DNA of 63,669 nucleotides, the filler included, from Lenisia limosa (taxonomy: Eukaryota > Protista > Breviatea): NCBI GenBank assembly GCA_001655205.1. It is 14 parts of 14 records of this genome, joined end to end, with 100 filler letters (N's around TTAATTAATTAA, not from the genome) between each part and the next. Parts side by side here need not be neighbours in the genome. Positions count along the whole stretch, not along the records: positions 34,198 to 38,136 come from LPNZ01011144.1; positions 38,237 to 40,879 come from LPNZ01001091.1; positions 40,980 to 43,088 come from LPNZ01004209.1; positions 43,189 to 54,492 come from LPNZ01010120.1; 10 more parts are not named here. One strand, written 5' to 3'. Each line of letters opens with the position of its first letter. Positions within the stretch are counted from its first letter, which is position 1. The notes below the pieces were generated by a model. It made no database searches, was not told the DNA's origin, and saw only the letters and a program-made list of their open reading frames with translations. This document shows, one piece after another, positions 34,308-46,200 of this stretch. The translations under genes were made by a program, and so were the position numbers.

Positions 34308-37300
34308 AGGGTGCGGAGACGGTGAAACGGAGGTTCCGCTGCTATCCGGCTGCGACACGTGGTCGTCGTCACTCCAGAAACCCGAGCTTTGAGTAGGGAT
34401 AGACTCGTCTGTGGGTGGACCGAAATGTGGAACTGACGTTGGGATTGGTGCGGGGTGTTGGNNNNNNNNNNNNNNNNNNNNNNNNNNNNNNNNNNNNNNN
34501 NNNNNNNNNNNNNNNNNNNNNNNNNNNNNNNNNNNNNNNNNNNNNNNNNNNNAATGTATGAAACAAAAAAGAAAATCAACTTTGTTGGCTGATAACACAC
34601 GAGGGTTGATACCAATGAAACAAAGCCCAAGAAAAATTGGAAAATGTATGCAACAAAAAAAGCTTAAAAAGGACCCCTCCCTTTCCCCACTAGGCCTTGT
34701 CCGCGCGATATACACGAGGCTTGCACAGAGTTGTTGGCCGCGGGGGTTGTGAACAGTCCATGGCCGAGACTGTGGGCAAGGGAGGTGGTGCCTGAGGGTT
34801 GTAATGGGGGTGTAAAATTGGAACATTTATGACGCAAAATGCACTGACTGCGATATGTTCTGACATAATAATATTATTATAATTACTAAACATAGAGACG
34901 AGAAAGACAACAAGGTTGTATCCGACCGAAGTCGTCCACACCATTACGGTTTTAAAAGATATTGAATTACTGTTTAATATAAATTCGCCAAGTCATATTA
35001 ATAAATAATAATAATAATAATAATTAGAAATAATTAAAACTCAAATACAACAATAAAAAAACAAACAAAACCCCGTGAGGACTCCTACCAATTGCTGCAA
35101 GGTCATCGCGGGTGGGCTGGAGGGCAGTAGGGAAAGAAATATCAGCAAACGATGGAGAAGCAAGAGCCTAAACAGGGATCTTGGTAAGACGTGTACGGCG
35201 ATTTGAAAGTAAACTACGGCACATTGAGGAGGTAATCTTATGAAAAAGTTGGGATTCTAATTATTTACACTCGCCGCCGTAAGTCCTGACAAGATTGACT
35301 AACAATAAAGCTCAATAACCGCGTCGGAACTTATCACTAGGGATTCCCTATGGTCCCATAAAAGACCGAATGTATAGTAAAATCCTCAAAAACTATTGAT
35401 ATTTTACCGGTATTTTTCGAACCGAAGCGAAGCCCTACAAACCTGTAACGATTTTCCCTGAAGGTAGTAGACTCTGGCCCGGGCTGTGAGAGAAGAAGCA
35501 GGTAGAACTAAGGGGGGGGGGGGTAAAACGAAGAAAATTTTGNNNNNNNNNNNNNNNNNNNNNNNNNNNNNNNNNNNNNNNNNNNNNNNNNNNNNNNNAC
35601 CACCAAACAAAAAACATATAATAATTATAAAAAGAAGCAATAACAAAAGAGCACTGAAAAGAAAAGGAAAAATTATGCAACTAAGAGAGCGCATCCCGAA
35701 TTTATTTTAATGTAATATAATTTATCATGTAAATGTGAATGTATATATATGATATGTATATGTAAGGCTTCCCTAAGGTCTAAAGTATCGATATTTATCG
35801 AGGATTTATCCGGAAACTCAGTCTATTTTGGGACCGTAGGGAAGCCCTAACTAAATTTCTTGTGAGTTTCACCCCTCTTCTCTCTCTCTCTCTCACGGTT
35901 TAACGCCAACTGGGCCTCATAGAGAGCAATGCGCGGTAATGATGACTCCAGCGAGTTCGTTCCTAGAGGTCGTTAACAGGGAATTTGAGACGACGCTACG
36001 TTGTAGGTGGTTTATGGGGGGTTGACAGTAATTATATGTAGTAACACCCCTTCCCCCGCACCAAGTAAATAGATTGAATAATATGATAAAGAGTGACCGG
36101 GAGAAGTCTTGACTGATTTGCTGTATAAGTTCCCAGGAAAATAGGTCAAGATTTATCCCGGTTACTGTGTGATATATTATTTTTATACACTATATGATAT
36201 AACTACACATTTACCACCTCCCCCAACCAAGCAGTTCATGGAACAAGGGGCTCTTAGCCGGCGGCAAGTCAAGCCCCTCATTAGACCCAACATGCAGCGT
36301 ATTGAGAGCTGGGGAGCCAGCTGCGGGGGGAAGAAGAGGAGAGTCTGTGTCACTGTGCGATCCGCCTTGGGAACTGAGGTGTTATAAAGAATCCGAAAAA
36401 TTGATAAGAAAAAAAAAAAAAAAAAATCAANNNNNNNNNNNNNNNNNNNNNNNNNNNNNNNNNNNNNNNNNNNNNNNNNNNNNNNNNNNNNNNNNNNNNN
36501 NNNNNNNNNNNNNNNNNNNNNNNNNNNNNATCCACTGATAAGGAAAAGACGGTCAAAGATTCCAAAGGCAAGGGTGTGTAGTGTGTTGTGCATTTTATGA
36601 TAATACAATTGTGAATTCCCAACCTTGGGAATTCATCCCAGTCCCTGTATATTGATCCGATCCAGAGTATTTTATGAAAATAAAACTGTCCAATCCAGAG
36701 CAAAATAACTCTATCCGACCCAGAGTATTTTTTGAAAATAAATCGATCCGAATGATTTACAATTGTACCACCATACTTGATAGAGGGGAATGACGGCGGT
36801 GGCGTGGGTGCACTGCTAAAACTGCCTATTCGGCTGTGTCTGGGCCTAAATAGGGTAAATAGAGAGACAAGAACATATTTTACTATAATAATAGCAAATG
36901 CCATACATAATACACCACATCACATGTATATGGTACGACACAGAGAGAGACAAGAACACATAAATATTAATACTATCAATAAGCAAACATTCATTCGTTT
37001 ACCCCCCCCCCCACCTCGGGTGACTTAAGGCATCGCCACTCTCCAAAGTCGCCAGTACGGCTCGGGCAGAGCCGTGCAACTGATGTAATCTGAGAGCCTG
37101 CGGGGGGGGGGGGTAAAATTGGAAAATTGATAAAAAAAAGAAGCCCAAAATCAACTCTATTGGCTGACAACACACGGGAGTTGATAACAAACAAAGCCCA
37201 GGTCAGTCGTTTCTGCAGCATCATCTTGTGGGTATACTCTTTACATTACCTCGAAATTCGAATAATGACACTGCACCACAAACCTGGAACAGGAGCGACA

Positions 37301-38087
37301 CCACGTCTTGCCGTTGACCGTGGGGAAGCGTAATACCCGGGGCTACGAGGGGCTGCAGGATGGAGAGCGCGTGCGAATATCTGAGGAAGGGGGCGGGTGA
37401 GAAAATGGGAAATTTCTGAAACAAAAAATACAAATGAAACAACCAAAACCAACTCCGTTGTAATGGAAATAATATCAAATATAAAGTCCATTTATACCCC
37501 TCTATGGGAAATAAGAACACAAATTTTGCTTCGCTTCGGCACAAAAAAGACCGGTAATCGATAGTTTTCGATGAAATATCGAAAAATTCAGTCTTTTTTT
37601 GAACTAAAGTGAAACCTTACCTATAATTGGAATAAGAACCCATATGTAGCCCAGTCATGCCCCCCCCCCCCTACCTGAGAGTATCGAGACAAACAGAGGC
37701 AAGCCGAATTGACAAGCTGCAGAAATGATGACCCACTCTCTGGTTGACCACTCCTCCTCCTGGTCTGCTGGGGTGAAACAAAGGAAACTTAGATGAAGAA
37801 TATTGGGGTAACGGAGTAATACGAAAGAATTTGAATTTGATGAGGTCTACTGGCGTAAAGGTATATATTTCTCATCACGAACCGAATAATCCGAAACTCC
37901 AAACAAAAAAAAAGACAAAAAAAGACAAAAGCAGAGACACACAATAAGCAACAACAAACATCAAGCACACATTTAAACAAACAAAAAAACAGAACACAAA
38001 ACCAAAAGCTGTAACACCAGACCTGTGCAAAGCCTGACGTCCGGCAAGAGGATCTCCCACGGATTTAATTGCGGCTCTGAGGAACGA
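34308..38087 (-). CDS. Internal part of an uncharacterised multi-exon helical-repeat (TPR-like) protein
   Basis: Phased exons include SFLRAAIKSVGDPLAGRQALH, RYSHALSILQPLVAPG...VVSLLFQ, ALRLHQLHGSARAVLATLES, RIALYEAQLALN, ARARVYYLQGKSLQ, with clear donors and acceptors. Family not recognised. Confidence 0.55.
35338..35437. mobile_element. MITE family A hybrid copy (A' left end, A right end)
   Basis: TAGGGATTCCCTATGGTCCCATAAAAGAC ... TTTTCGAACCGAAGCGAAGCCCTA. Confidence 0.8.
35763..35849. mobile_element. MITE family A' copy
   Basis: AAGGCTTCCCTAAGGTC ... TTTTGGGACCGTAGGGAAGCCCTA. Confidence 0.8.
36091..36166. mobile_element. MITE family C copy
   Basis: AGTGACCGGGAGAAGTCTTGAC ... GTCAAGATTTATCCCGGTTACT. 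Confidence 0.82.
37098..37225 (-). repeat. Intron 3'-end module D copy
   Basis: Minus strand: TGCTGCAGAAACGACTGACCTGGGCTTTGTTTGTTATCAACTCCCGTGTGTTGTCAGCCAATAGAGTTGATTTTGGGCTTC...TTTTCCAATTTTACCCCCCCCCCCCGCAG, ending at the acceptor. Confidence 0.85.
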
Positions 38088-38136
38088 CTGAATTTGTTAC
38101 ACATATAAATAAATTAATAAAAAATAATAAGCCCAA

Positions 38137-38236
38137 NNNNNNNNNNNNNNNNNNNNNNNNNNNNNNNNNNNNNNNNNNNNTTAATTAATTAANNNNNNNN
38201 NNNNNNNNNNNNNNNNNNNNNNNNNNNNNNNNNNNN
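38137..38236. other. Artificial scaffold spacer
   Basis: 44N-TTAATTAATTAA-44N. Confidence 0.98.
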
Positions 38237-38562
38237 GTACGGAAGGGTAAATGCTAGTCCCTCATACATTCTCAAGAAATCCTCTAGTAATCCTCGATAA
38301 ACTCTAGAAATCCTCATTAAATTCTTGATAAATTCCCCATAAAAAAATCCTCGATAAACATAGAGAGTAGGGCGTCACTTTGGGTCGAAAAAGACCGACA
38401 AAATAACGATAGTTTTATCTTTTTTTTAAAAAACCGAAGTAGTAATAGAGAATATTGCCCCCACACAACAGGCATCTTATTGACNNNNNNNNNNNNNNNN
38501 NNNNNNNNNNNNNNNNNNNNNNNNNNNNNNNNNNNNNNNNNNNNNNNNNNNNNNNNNNNNNN

Positions 38563-39365
38563 TCGAAGGCACGCGCGGTGCCTCTAATTGCTCCTGAAGA
38601 TGTCTGTCAACTTCCGTATCCGCGGCTATAATGCAAGTTAAGCAGAGTTTCGAATACGAAAGTTGTCTCGGATATCCGAAGCACGCGCATCAGATTGGTG
38701 AATCACACCACTTTTGCCTCTTTTGCTCCATTCTCAAAATATACTTAATAATCATTACAATTCACCCAATCAAGATATAAAATAGTTAGAACTTCACTTC
38801 AGTTCGAAAAAAGATTGAATTTATCGATAAAACCTCAAAAACTATCGACACTTTACCGGTTTCGAACCGAAGTGAAGCCCAAATAGTATTAGCTACTAAT
38901 ACTCCATAATCCTACCCCCACATGGACCTCCAAACAGCGAGCGGAAAATCGTAGTCATGGCTACTACAGAGTTTTGTGTAGATCTGTCCTCTTCATAGCC
39001 TGAACTGAATCACACTTGAGGCTAAGGAATTATCATATATCATTTAAAAATAGTGTGATATTTTTATATATTCTTTGGGTATGTGTACATGCTGCGAAAA
39101 ACCCCTAGAGAGGATCCCATCTGATGTGAAGAAGAATGGAAATCCCACTCATTCTCTCAATTAAGCATCATACGTACCAGTCTATGGAGTGATATAGAGT
39201 TAAGAAGAGTGATGAACAATTGAAATGTAAACCCCTCAAAAATCCTTTCCCCCCTTCATTTGAAAACATCATTTATACTCCCTCAAGTAGCCTACCTTGT
39301 TGTCAGACAGGCCGATAGGTGTAAAACAGTTGGCTGACTTCGCTTGTTGCCGTTGTATGTATGCT
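38563..39365 (-). CDS. Possible 5' exons of an unidentified gene divergent from UTP10
   Basis: AG/GT-bounded open segments, e.g. GYEEDRSTQNSVVAMTTIFRSLFGGP (~38921-39000) with a GTGGGGG donor. Start codon not located. Confidence 0.3.
38787..38882. mobile_element. MITE family A copy
   Basis: TAGAACTTCACTTCAGTTCGAAAA ... TTTCGAACCGAAGTGAAGCCCAA. Confidence 0.82.
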
Positions 39366-39598
39366 GCCCCTCCTAATCTCTCCCAATCGATCCCAATTGT
39401 CTATATATATAAAAACTAATAACCGCTTTTTCTTGCGTTATTCATTTCATAACATGTTTTCAAGATTTTTATCACACAAGGCAAAACAAGATCAAGTAGA
39501 TCTTTCGCTAAAATGAAAAATTCTTTATTCTTCGCCCTTTTTGCTACCTTCAAGCCAGTTGTATAGTGTGGTACTGATTATCAGGACTGGCACACAGA

Positions 39599-40639
39599 AT
39601 GACGTCTTTAGCGAGTCAACTATCTAACCTCAGACAGAAGGCTGGCGTTCTTGTCCATGCTGAGAAGGAAAAGAAGGTTGATTTTAGTTGATTTTGAGGG
39701 ATAACGGTCCAGTATGCCCCTTCGATTCTCTTCGACCCTACAGAGGCGGCTGATCAAGACATCCATGCCGTTCAGAGGCTTGCTGCCTCCGGTATTGCCG
39801 AGCTTACGGCCGTTTCAAAGGTATGGCAGGGCAAGGGGCTTCTTCCTCTTCGTGTTGGCCTGCTTTGCCATTGGGTATAATACGACCATCATTACGGGAG
39901 CAAGGATCATAGATAGCAGTATATTGCTGTCTTTTAGCTTTCTCAGTTGACCGCGATAACGATTGGATAAACTGGGAAATGATGTTTTTTCTGATTCATT
40001 AGTGTAAAACTTGTTTTTAATTGTGCCAGCTCTCGCATGATTGTGTAAATTATTATTATGATATCATCCAATATCTCTTATAAACGTGAGGACGGCTTCC
40101 GCCAGATGCAATCTTGTTTTATTGCTCATGTCTTTTATTGCTCCTCTTTTTTCCCTCTCTACCAATAATGCAGAATAATCCCAAGATTAAGAAAGACTAG
40201 GAGGACTACGTGCAATTGGTTTTTTGAAAATTGTCAAAATTTGAAATGAGAGTGTCTGAAATTGAGTTCAAGCGCTTCAAATTTGGCAATTATTATTTGA
40301 ATTGATTGCACGGAGGACCAGAAATTCGATGCAATCCAATCATCGTACAGGTATCATTGCAGACACATTCATCTTCATTTTTTTCAATATCTCTGCAAAA
40401 AAAACAATTTGCAGGGAGTCATAAGCATATTCGTTACCTCTATTCGAAATTTCTTTCGTTTTGCTCAATCCCTCTTCCTCGCCTTATTGTACCCCCAGGA
40501 TTTCGAGCCATATGTGCAGAAGCTCTTCAGCCCCGGTAGTGCGATGTTTTCACGGCGTCACGCGGACCCCGAGGTTGCCCGGGTAACCACCAAGGACGTA
40601 ACGGAGTTCCTTAGAATGGCGTCGCCTTACCTCATGCAG
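39599..40639 (+). CDS. UTP10: U3 snoRNA-associated protein 10 / HEATR1, exons 1-3 (truncated)
   Basis: Exons 39599-39676, 39713-39820, 40499-40639 give MTSLASQLSNLR...APSILFDPTEAADQD...SGIAEL...DFEPYVQKLFS...FLRMASPYLMQ, matching the conserved MTSLAQQL...SLLFDPKEAA...LSPYFL N-terminus. Confidence 0.88.
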
Positions 40640-40879
40640 GTTTTGGGGGTACTATCTATTGAAACTGGGATCATAGAGACGGCGGATTTGTATATGATTG
40701 TAAGGCAAATGATTGGGTGAATTAATATTATACTATAATCCAATACCTCTGGTATGTGTGATAGCGTGGACGGCTTCGAGATACAACCTTATTTTATATT
40801 TCTCATTGCTATAATATGTCTCACCTTACCCCGCAGGAAGCTATTTATTGGTTGTGGGGGAGGGGGCATATTGAAGCCC

Positions 40880-40979
40880 NNNNNNNNNNNNNNNNNNNNN
40901 NNNNNNNNNNNNNNNNNNNNNNNTTAATTAATTAANNNNNNNNNNNNNNNNNNNNNNNNNNNNNNNNNNNNNNNNNNNN
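40880..40979. other. Artificial scaffold spacer
   Basis: 44N-TTAATTAATTAA-44N. Confidence 0.98.
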
Positions 40980-41109
40980 CCCTCCGAGGGACCCCCCCCC
41001 CCCTTAAAACAGGGTATTATGTATATAAGATACGGGATACGTATGATATAGCTACTTTGCTATGATATATATATCCATATCATATACCAGCTACAAACTA
41101 TCTCATAAT

Positions 41110-42850
41110 ATGGTTTGGATGACCACTCTGATGTCAGGTCGGCAATTTTTTCATCATCTATAGCTTGAACAAGGCCTTTTGCTCGTCTGATGTTATTAAC
41201 GAGGTTCCAACCCACTTGAGTGCTCTGATATCAGGTACAGAGAAAGGATTGTTTCGGGTCATTATTATATTATTTGAGACCACATTTTTCCCCGATCCAG
41301 GGTCCTCGACCTTGGCTTGACCGCAGTCGGTCCGAGACGCCTGGGTGGCCCGGGGAAACCACATTAAAAGTCTAGTCATTGCACGGAATAGCGTCTTTTT
41401 TTATACGAGACTATGTCATTTCAATGTTCTATTATTTGCTTTGCATGGGATACTGCAGAAGGCTGGCCGACATTGTTTTGCTTTCAAACCCATGTCCGAA
41501 ATGCTGTGCACCCCCCCCCCCCNNNNNNNNNNNNNNNNNNNNNNNNNNNNNNNNNNNNNNNNNNNNNNNNNNNNNNNNNNNNNNNNNNNNNNNNNNNNNN
41601 NNNATTAATGCGTATCATATATGTATGCATTCCTCGATGAATTACAATTGCCCAGATGCTCCCGTTTTGTTGTTTTGTTTTCCTTTTCCTCTCATCAAAT
41701 CAACTGTAACAAAATAATGACAGACAATAGACTAGCATGATGGTGTTTATAGATTTCGTTTGGGGTGAATTGACCATTCGTTCAAATATGATGTGTTCTA
41801 TCCAGAAAACCAGATTCTCGCAAAAAAAAGTAATATTCATATCTTCAATCTACTCTCATCTTGTAGCCAGACCCGACCAGTGAATGCATCAAAGAGTCTA
41901 GCTGTTATTTTCATGGATAATAACGTTCTTATTTATTTAAAGTCACACTCTTTGATGAAGAGATTTTCGATATTACTCATCCAAATGATTGGTGAAAGCT
42001 GTGTATACAGTGAGTTGAGACAAATGATCAAATGATTGGGTGAATTAATACTGTACAATTCAAATATCTTGAGCTGGTGCGAACAGCTGGCCAAAAAAAA
42101 CCTTGATATTTCTCAACTCTTTTTCATTGTGGAATCAGTGAAACTGGAGTATAGATTCTTAGTGAAGTATAATATGATATTTGTCAACATACAATTATTG
42201 TGCAAAAATATATTCTGTAATGTATAATTAATTATGTAAATTCGCCTGATGTGTCTGATTCGTACTATTGATATGTAAAATTCGTTGTGAATGTTTAACA
42301 CAGAGAAGGGAATGAAATCCACATGAACTATGGACTTCAGGAATGTCGTTGTTTCTGTCTCAGGCTCTATTTNNNNNNNNNNNNNNNNNNNNNNNNNNNN
42401 NNNNNNNNNNNNNNNNNNNNNNNNNNNNNNNNNNNNNNTGTTCCAGTCACATAACACCGCCCGCACAACAGCGCATCAACTTGGGATTCCCTGTATATTA
42501 ATATGGGAATCCCAACGTATTCACAAGAAACCCAAGTCAAAGCGCCACAGTGTTCTTTAAAGTGGGAAAGAAACAGCATATATTAAATCAGAACTAAAAT
42601 TACACATCATCTATTACGAGGCTAAGCAATTGTCTGCGGGGTTAAAACGCAAGACAACAGGTATTATTGTGTAAGGGTATTGAATAAAAATAAAGCAACA
42701 GAATATCCCCCCCACCACCCTCCCAACAAAAACGACAAAGCCAAAACCTCCCCCAACTTGGAGTTTTAAGGCTGGAGCTTGAGCAAGGTACACGATGCCC
42801 TCAGTAGAGTTCCGGTCACAAAGAAGAAAGGCATAATCGGTCATGCCCTG
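41110..42850 (-). CDS. Internal exons of an unidentified gene
   Basis: AG/GT-bounded open segments GMTDYAFLLCDRNSTEGIVYLAQAPALKLQ (G-rich donor), EPETETTTFLKSIVHVDFIPFS, GWNLVNNIRRAKGLVQAIDDEK; phasing not established. Confidence 0.35.
42478..42540. mobile_element. Short palindromic repeat family G copy
   Basis: AACTTGGGATTCCC...GGGAATCCCAACGTATTCACAAGAAACCCAAGTC; second copy at 60233-60291. Confidence 0.7.
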
Positions 42851-42921
42851 TGAGAATTAGCGGATTCAGTTTGCGCTTTTGAAGAGCAGATTCAACGGAC
42901 TTTTTTTAAAAAAAACCGGTG

Positions 42922-43030
42922 TCTCTTGTTTGTGTTTTTAATCATGTTAGCGGCTTTGGTCTGTCTTGTTTGTGTTTATAATCATGTTTGCTGTCGTGTT
43001 TGTGTTTATAATCATGTTAGCTGCTTTTAT
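42922..43030 (+). repeat. Degenerate tandem repeat x3
   Basis: GTTTGTGTTTATAATCATGTT(A/T)GC units. Confidence 0.8.
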
Positions 43031-43088
43031 CACATAGTATTGTATAAAAAAACCTGAATCATATATGATAAAATAAGTAACCAAAAAT

Positions 43089-43188
43089 NNNNNNNNNNNN
43101 NNNNNNNNNNNNNNNNNNNNNNNNNNNNNNNNTTAATTAATTAANNNNNNNNNNNNNNNNNNNNNNNNNNNNNNNNNNNNNNNNNNNN
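43089..43188. other. Artificial scaffold spacer
   Basis: 44N-TTAATTAATTAA-44N. Confidence 0.98.
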
Positions 43189-43214
43189 GATATATGATAT
43201 ACCTCTCCCCCCAC

Positions 43215-46200
43215 GAAATTCCAATTGCGTCGTTCGAGTTTTCGGGGAAGTGGAAAGGGGACAAAATGGCCTTTTCCTTTGGGTCGTAGAAGAAGAAGCC
43301 TAGAAAATAAGGATTGTGGAGACGGTTTGTTTTTATTCATGGATCAAATAGGTGCGGAAGTGAATTAGCATTAGACTAATAGTTAGATGCTCTTTATTAC
43401 AATATCCAGTGTGATTTTCTTACAGTTTATTTTTGGATATTTTCATGTTCCTAAATTCTCTTTATTTCTCCATTTCTTCCCTCCCTCCCACCATTATCTT
43501 TCTCTTGAAGCTGCAGAATATTCAGAACAAAATGAGCTCCTCTGTGGGTGTACGGCAAGTAGAAATATTTGGTTTTGCCATGCTGCGGGGGGGGGGGGGG
43601 GGNNNNNNNNNNNNNNNNNNNNNNNNNNNNNNNNNNNNNNNNNNNNNNNNNNNNNNNNNNNNNNNNNNNNNNNNNNNNNNNNNNNNNNNNNNNNNNNNNN
43701 NNNNNNNNNNNNNNNNNNNNNNNNNNNNNNNNNNNNNNNNNNNNNNNNNNNNNNNNNNNNNNNNNNNNNNNNNNNNNNNNNNGTAATCTCACCTGTAACA
43801 ATGAGCAAATCTCAGTCTCAACTCTGTCTTCAAATCAGTTGCCAAATTCTCAAGAAATATTGAATCATAATCCGGACAATATTGGCCTATCACCGATTAT
43901 TGGTCAAAAGGGCACTTTTCACTGTTTTCAACGATTCTAACAACTCACCCAACTTTCCTTATTAGGACACCTCTGTTCATCAATTATACATGATATCTGC
44001 CGGTGGCGCAACTCACTTTTAAAGACTTAGTTTTATTCGCCGCCCCCGGCTATCATCTCATAATACCCACCACATTCAGGGATTTTGATGCATCTCGGTA
44101 GGATTTGGCGGCTGAGACGCGTTGAGGGTCCGGAGCCGTATTTGACCTTATACGGCTGTTGGTGCCACTCCTGGGGTTGTAAAATGGAAAATAAGGGAAG
44201 CAAACAAAGCCCAAAATTAACTCCGTTGGCTTGAAACACTCAATGGTTGTGAATAAAAAAACACACAAAGCCCAGGTCAGTACAAGCACCGCATCCAATC
44301 ACTCCAGCATAATTCACGTACATGCACACGTGAATATCCGTAAGTATCCTCGCTCCATTACTATCACCCCCCCCCATACTGTAAGACCCCCCANNNNNNN
44401 NNNNNNNNNNNNNNNNNNNNNNNNNNNNNNNNNNNNNNNNNNNNNNNNNNNNNNNNNNNNNNNNNNNNNNNNNNNNNNNNNNNNNNNNNNNNNNNNNNNN
44501 NNNNNNNNNNNNNNNNNNNNNNNNGCGGAGTATAACTGGGAGGGGCACTGGGAATATTTGGACTCTTTTCGGGAACAGAGCTTTCTGAAGAGCTAAAGAG
44601 GTTAATTATGAAGGAGTATTGCTGATGATGAAGGAATGTTTTGATAAATCATTTTAGGAAGATAATTCATAATGATGACAAGCGGGGATAATTGAGGAAG
44701 ATGATATAGTAAATAATCCCCAAGCTAACGACACCCCTTCTTTGGAGAATCTTGAAATCCCATAACATACGACTGAAGGGAGGGGTTTTCCTGCTGATCC
44801 GCTCTACTCTTATCTGGATGAAGATGAGATGATGGGGGCAAGTGAGAAAAATACTAGAGCTCCGGGCAATTATTATTAATATGTATAATTTTTGATCATC
44901 GTAAATATTAATATTATTAATATTTTCATATTAATAGTAGATATATTAATATGACATTGTTTGCTTCAAGAAATATTATATTAATATTATGATATTAATA
45001 TGTATTAATAATACTAATATTTTATTAATATTAATTGCCCGGAACTCTAAATAATACAGAAATGTCTGACCAAAGCCGTCTACACCATCATGCTAATATG
45101 TATACTATGATATGAGTGGCATAGCATATGTTGTATGATAATACTGATTTAAGGGTCTTATTGGGACCAAAGTAAAGCCTTTATTGATACTACAAAAGTC
45201 ATACATATTCCATATGATTTCATCAGAATGAACACAGCACGCAATTATTTTAGGACCCCCCTCCCTCCCCCACCCATCTCCTCGCTGTACTTTTTCGCAA
45301 CGGCTACTGCCTCTNNNNNNNNNNNNNNNNNNNNNNNNNNNNNNNNNNNNNNNNNNNNNNNNNNNNNNTCCCGAGCTGACTGCAACGTTTTGTCATTCGA
45401 CGGTTCCGATTTGTTGTTAGTTCTGATGTTTCGACCGAATGGATGGTGATTATTCCGAGAAACGTTCAGGTCGCTATTGCCTCTTGAAAGGGCAAGACTG
45501 GTACTGTTGCTTCCAACAGGCGGATTCCCTCGATTGCGAGGGACGTCAGAATTGCGGTCTTCGTAGTTGAGGCAAATGGCGTCATCGTGGCGCGTCAACA
45601 TATCCATGAGTCGCTTTTCTTCGGCCTGTTCCTCTGAGAGGGGGAGGTCTGGAGGGGGGTTTAGTGCTGTATGATTAAGACGGTCTTGAGATTTCCTTGA
45701 ACTATCTTTGATGCTATATGAAATGTACATGACGAAAGATAAGCCCAATGTACATTGACCGATAAGTCTTGACCGATTTTCCTTGGGAAATTACATTGCA
45801 AATGTCAAGACTTATCCCGGTCAATGTATATATGCATATATCATATACTATATCGATATGTATGTGTCAAGACTGAATGCGGTCAGATGCATGTAATATA
45901 ATGCCATGATTTTGATAAGTTGTGACCTATATAATCAGTTTCTCTTCAGTAAAATCTATCAAGACTTCTGATGATACTATATATTACTACATAGCATTAT
46001 AATATGACCGACTTTCGGGTTGAAATGAGGAACGTTTAATAAATTAGGGTTTTCTTTATGTAGTTACATACATATCATATCAGAAGGAGCAGGGAACATT
46101 GTTCGATTTTGGAATTTAAGCGAGGAACATTGAACCTTAATAATATGATCATATCATTTACTATTCCCTATTAGTTTGTCAGTATTTCCCCACGTTCCCG

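Noticed and set aside
37850-37905. Apparent exon FRIIRFVMRNIYLYA
   Set aside because: It is a family E copy; the neighbouring exons phase correctly without it.
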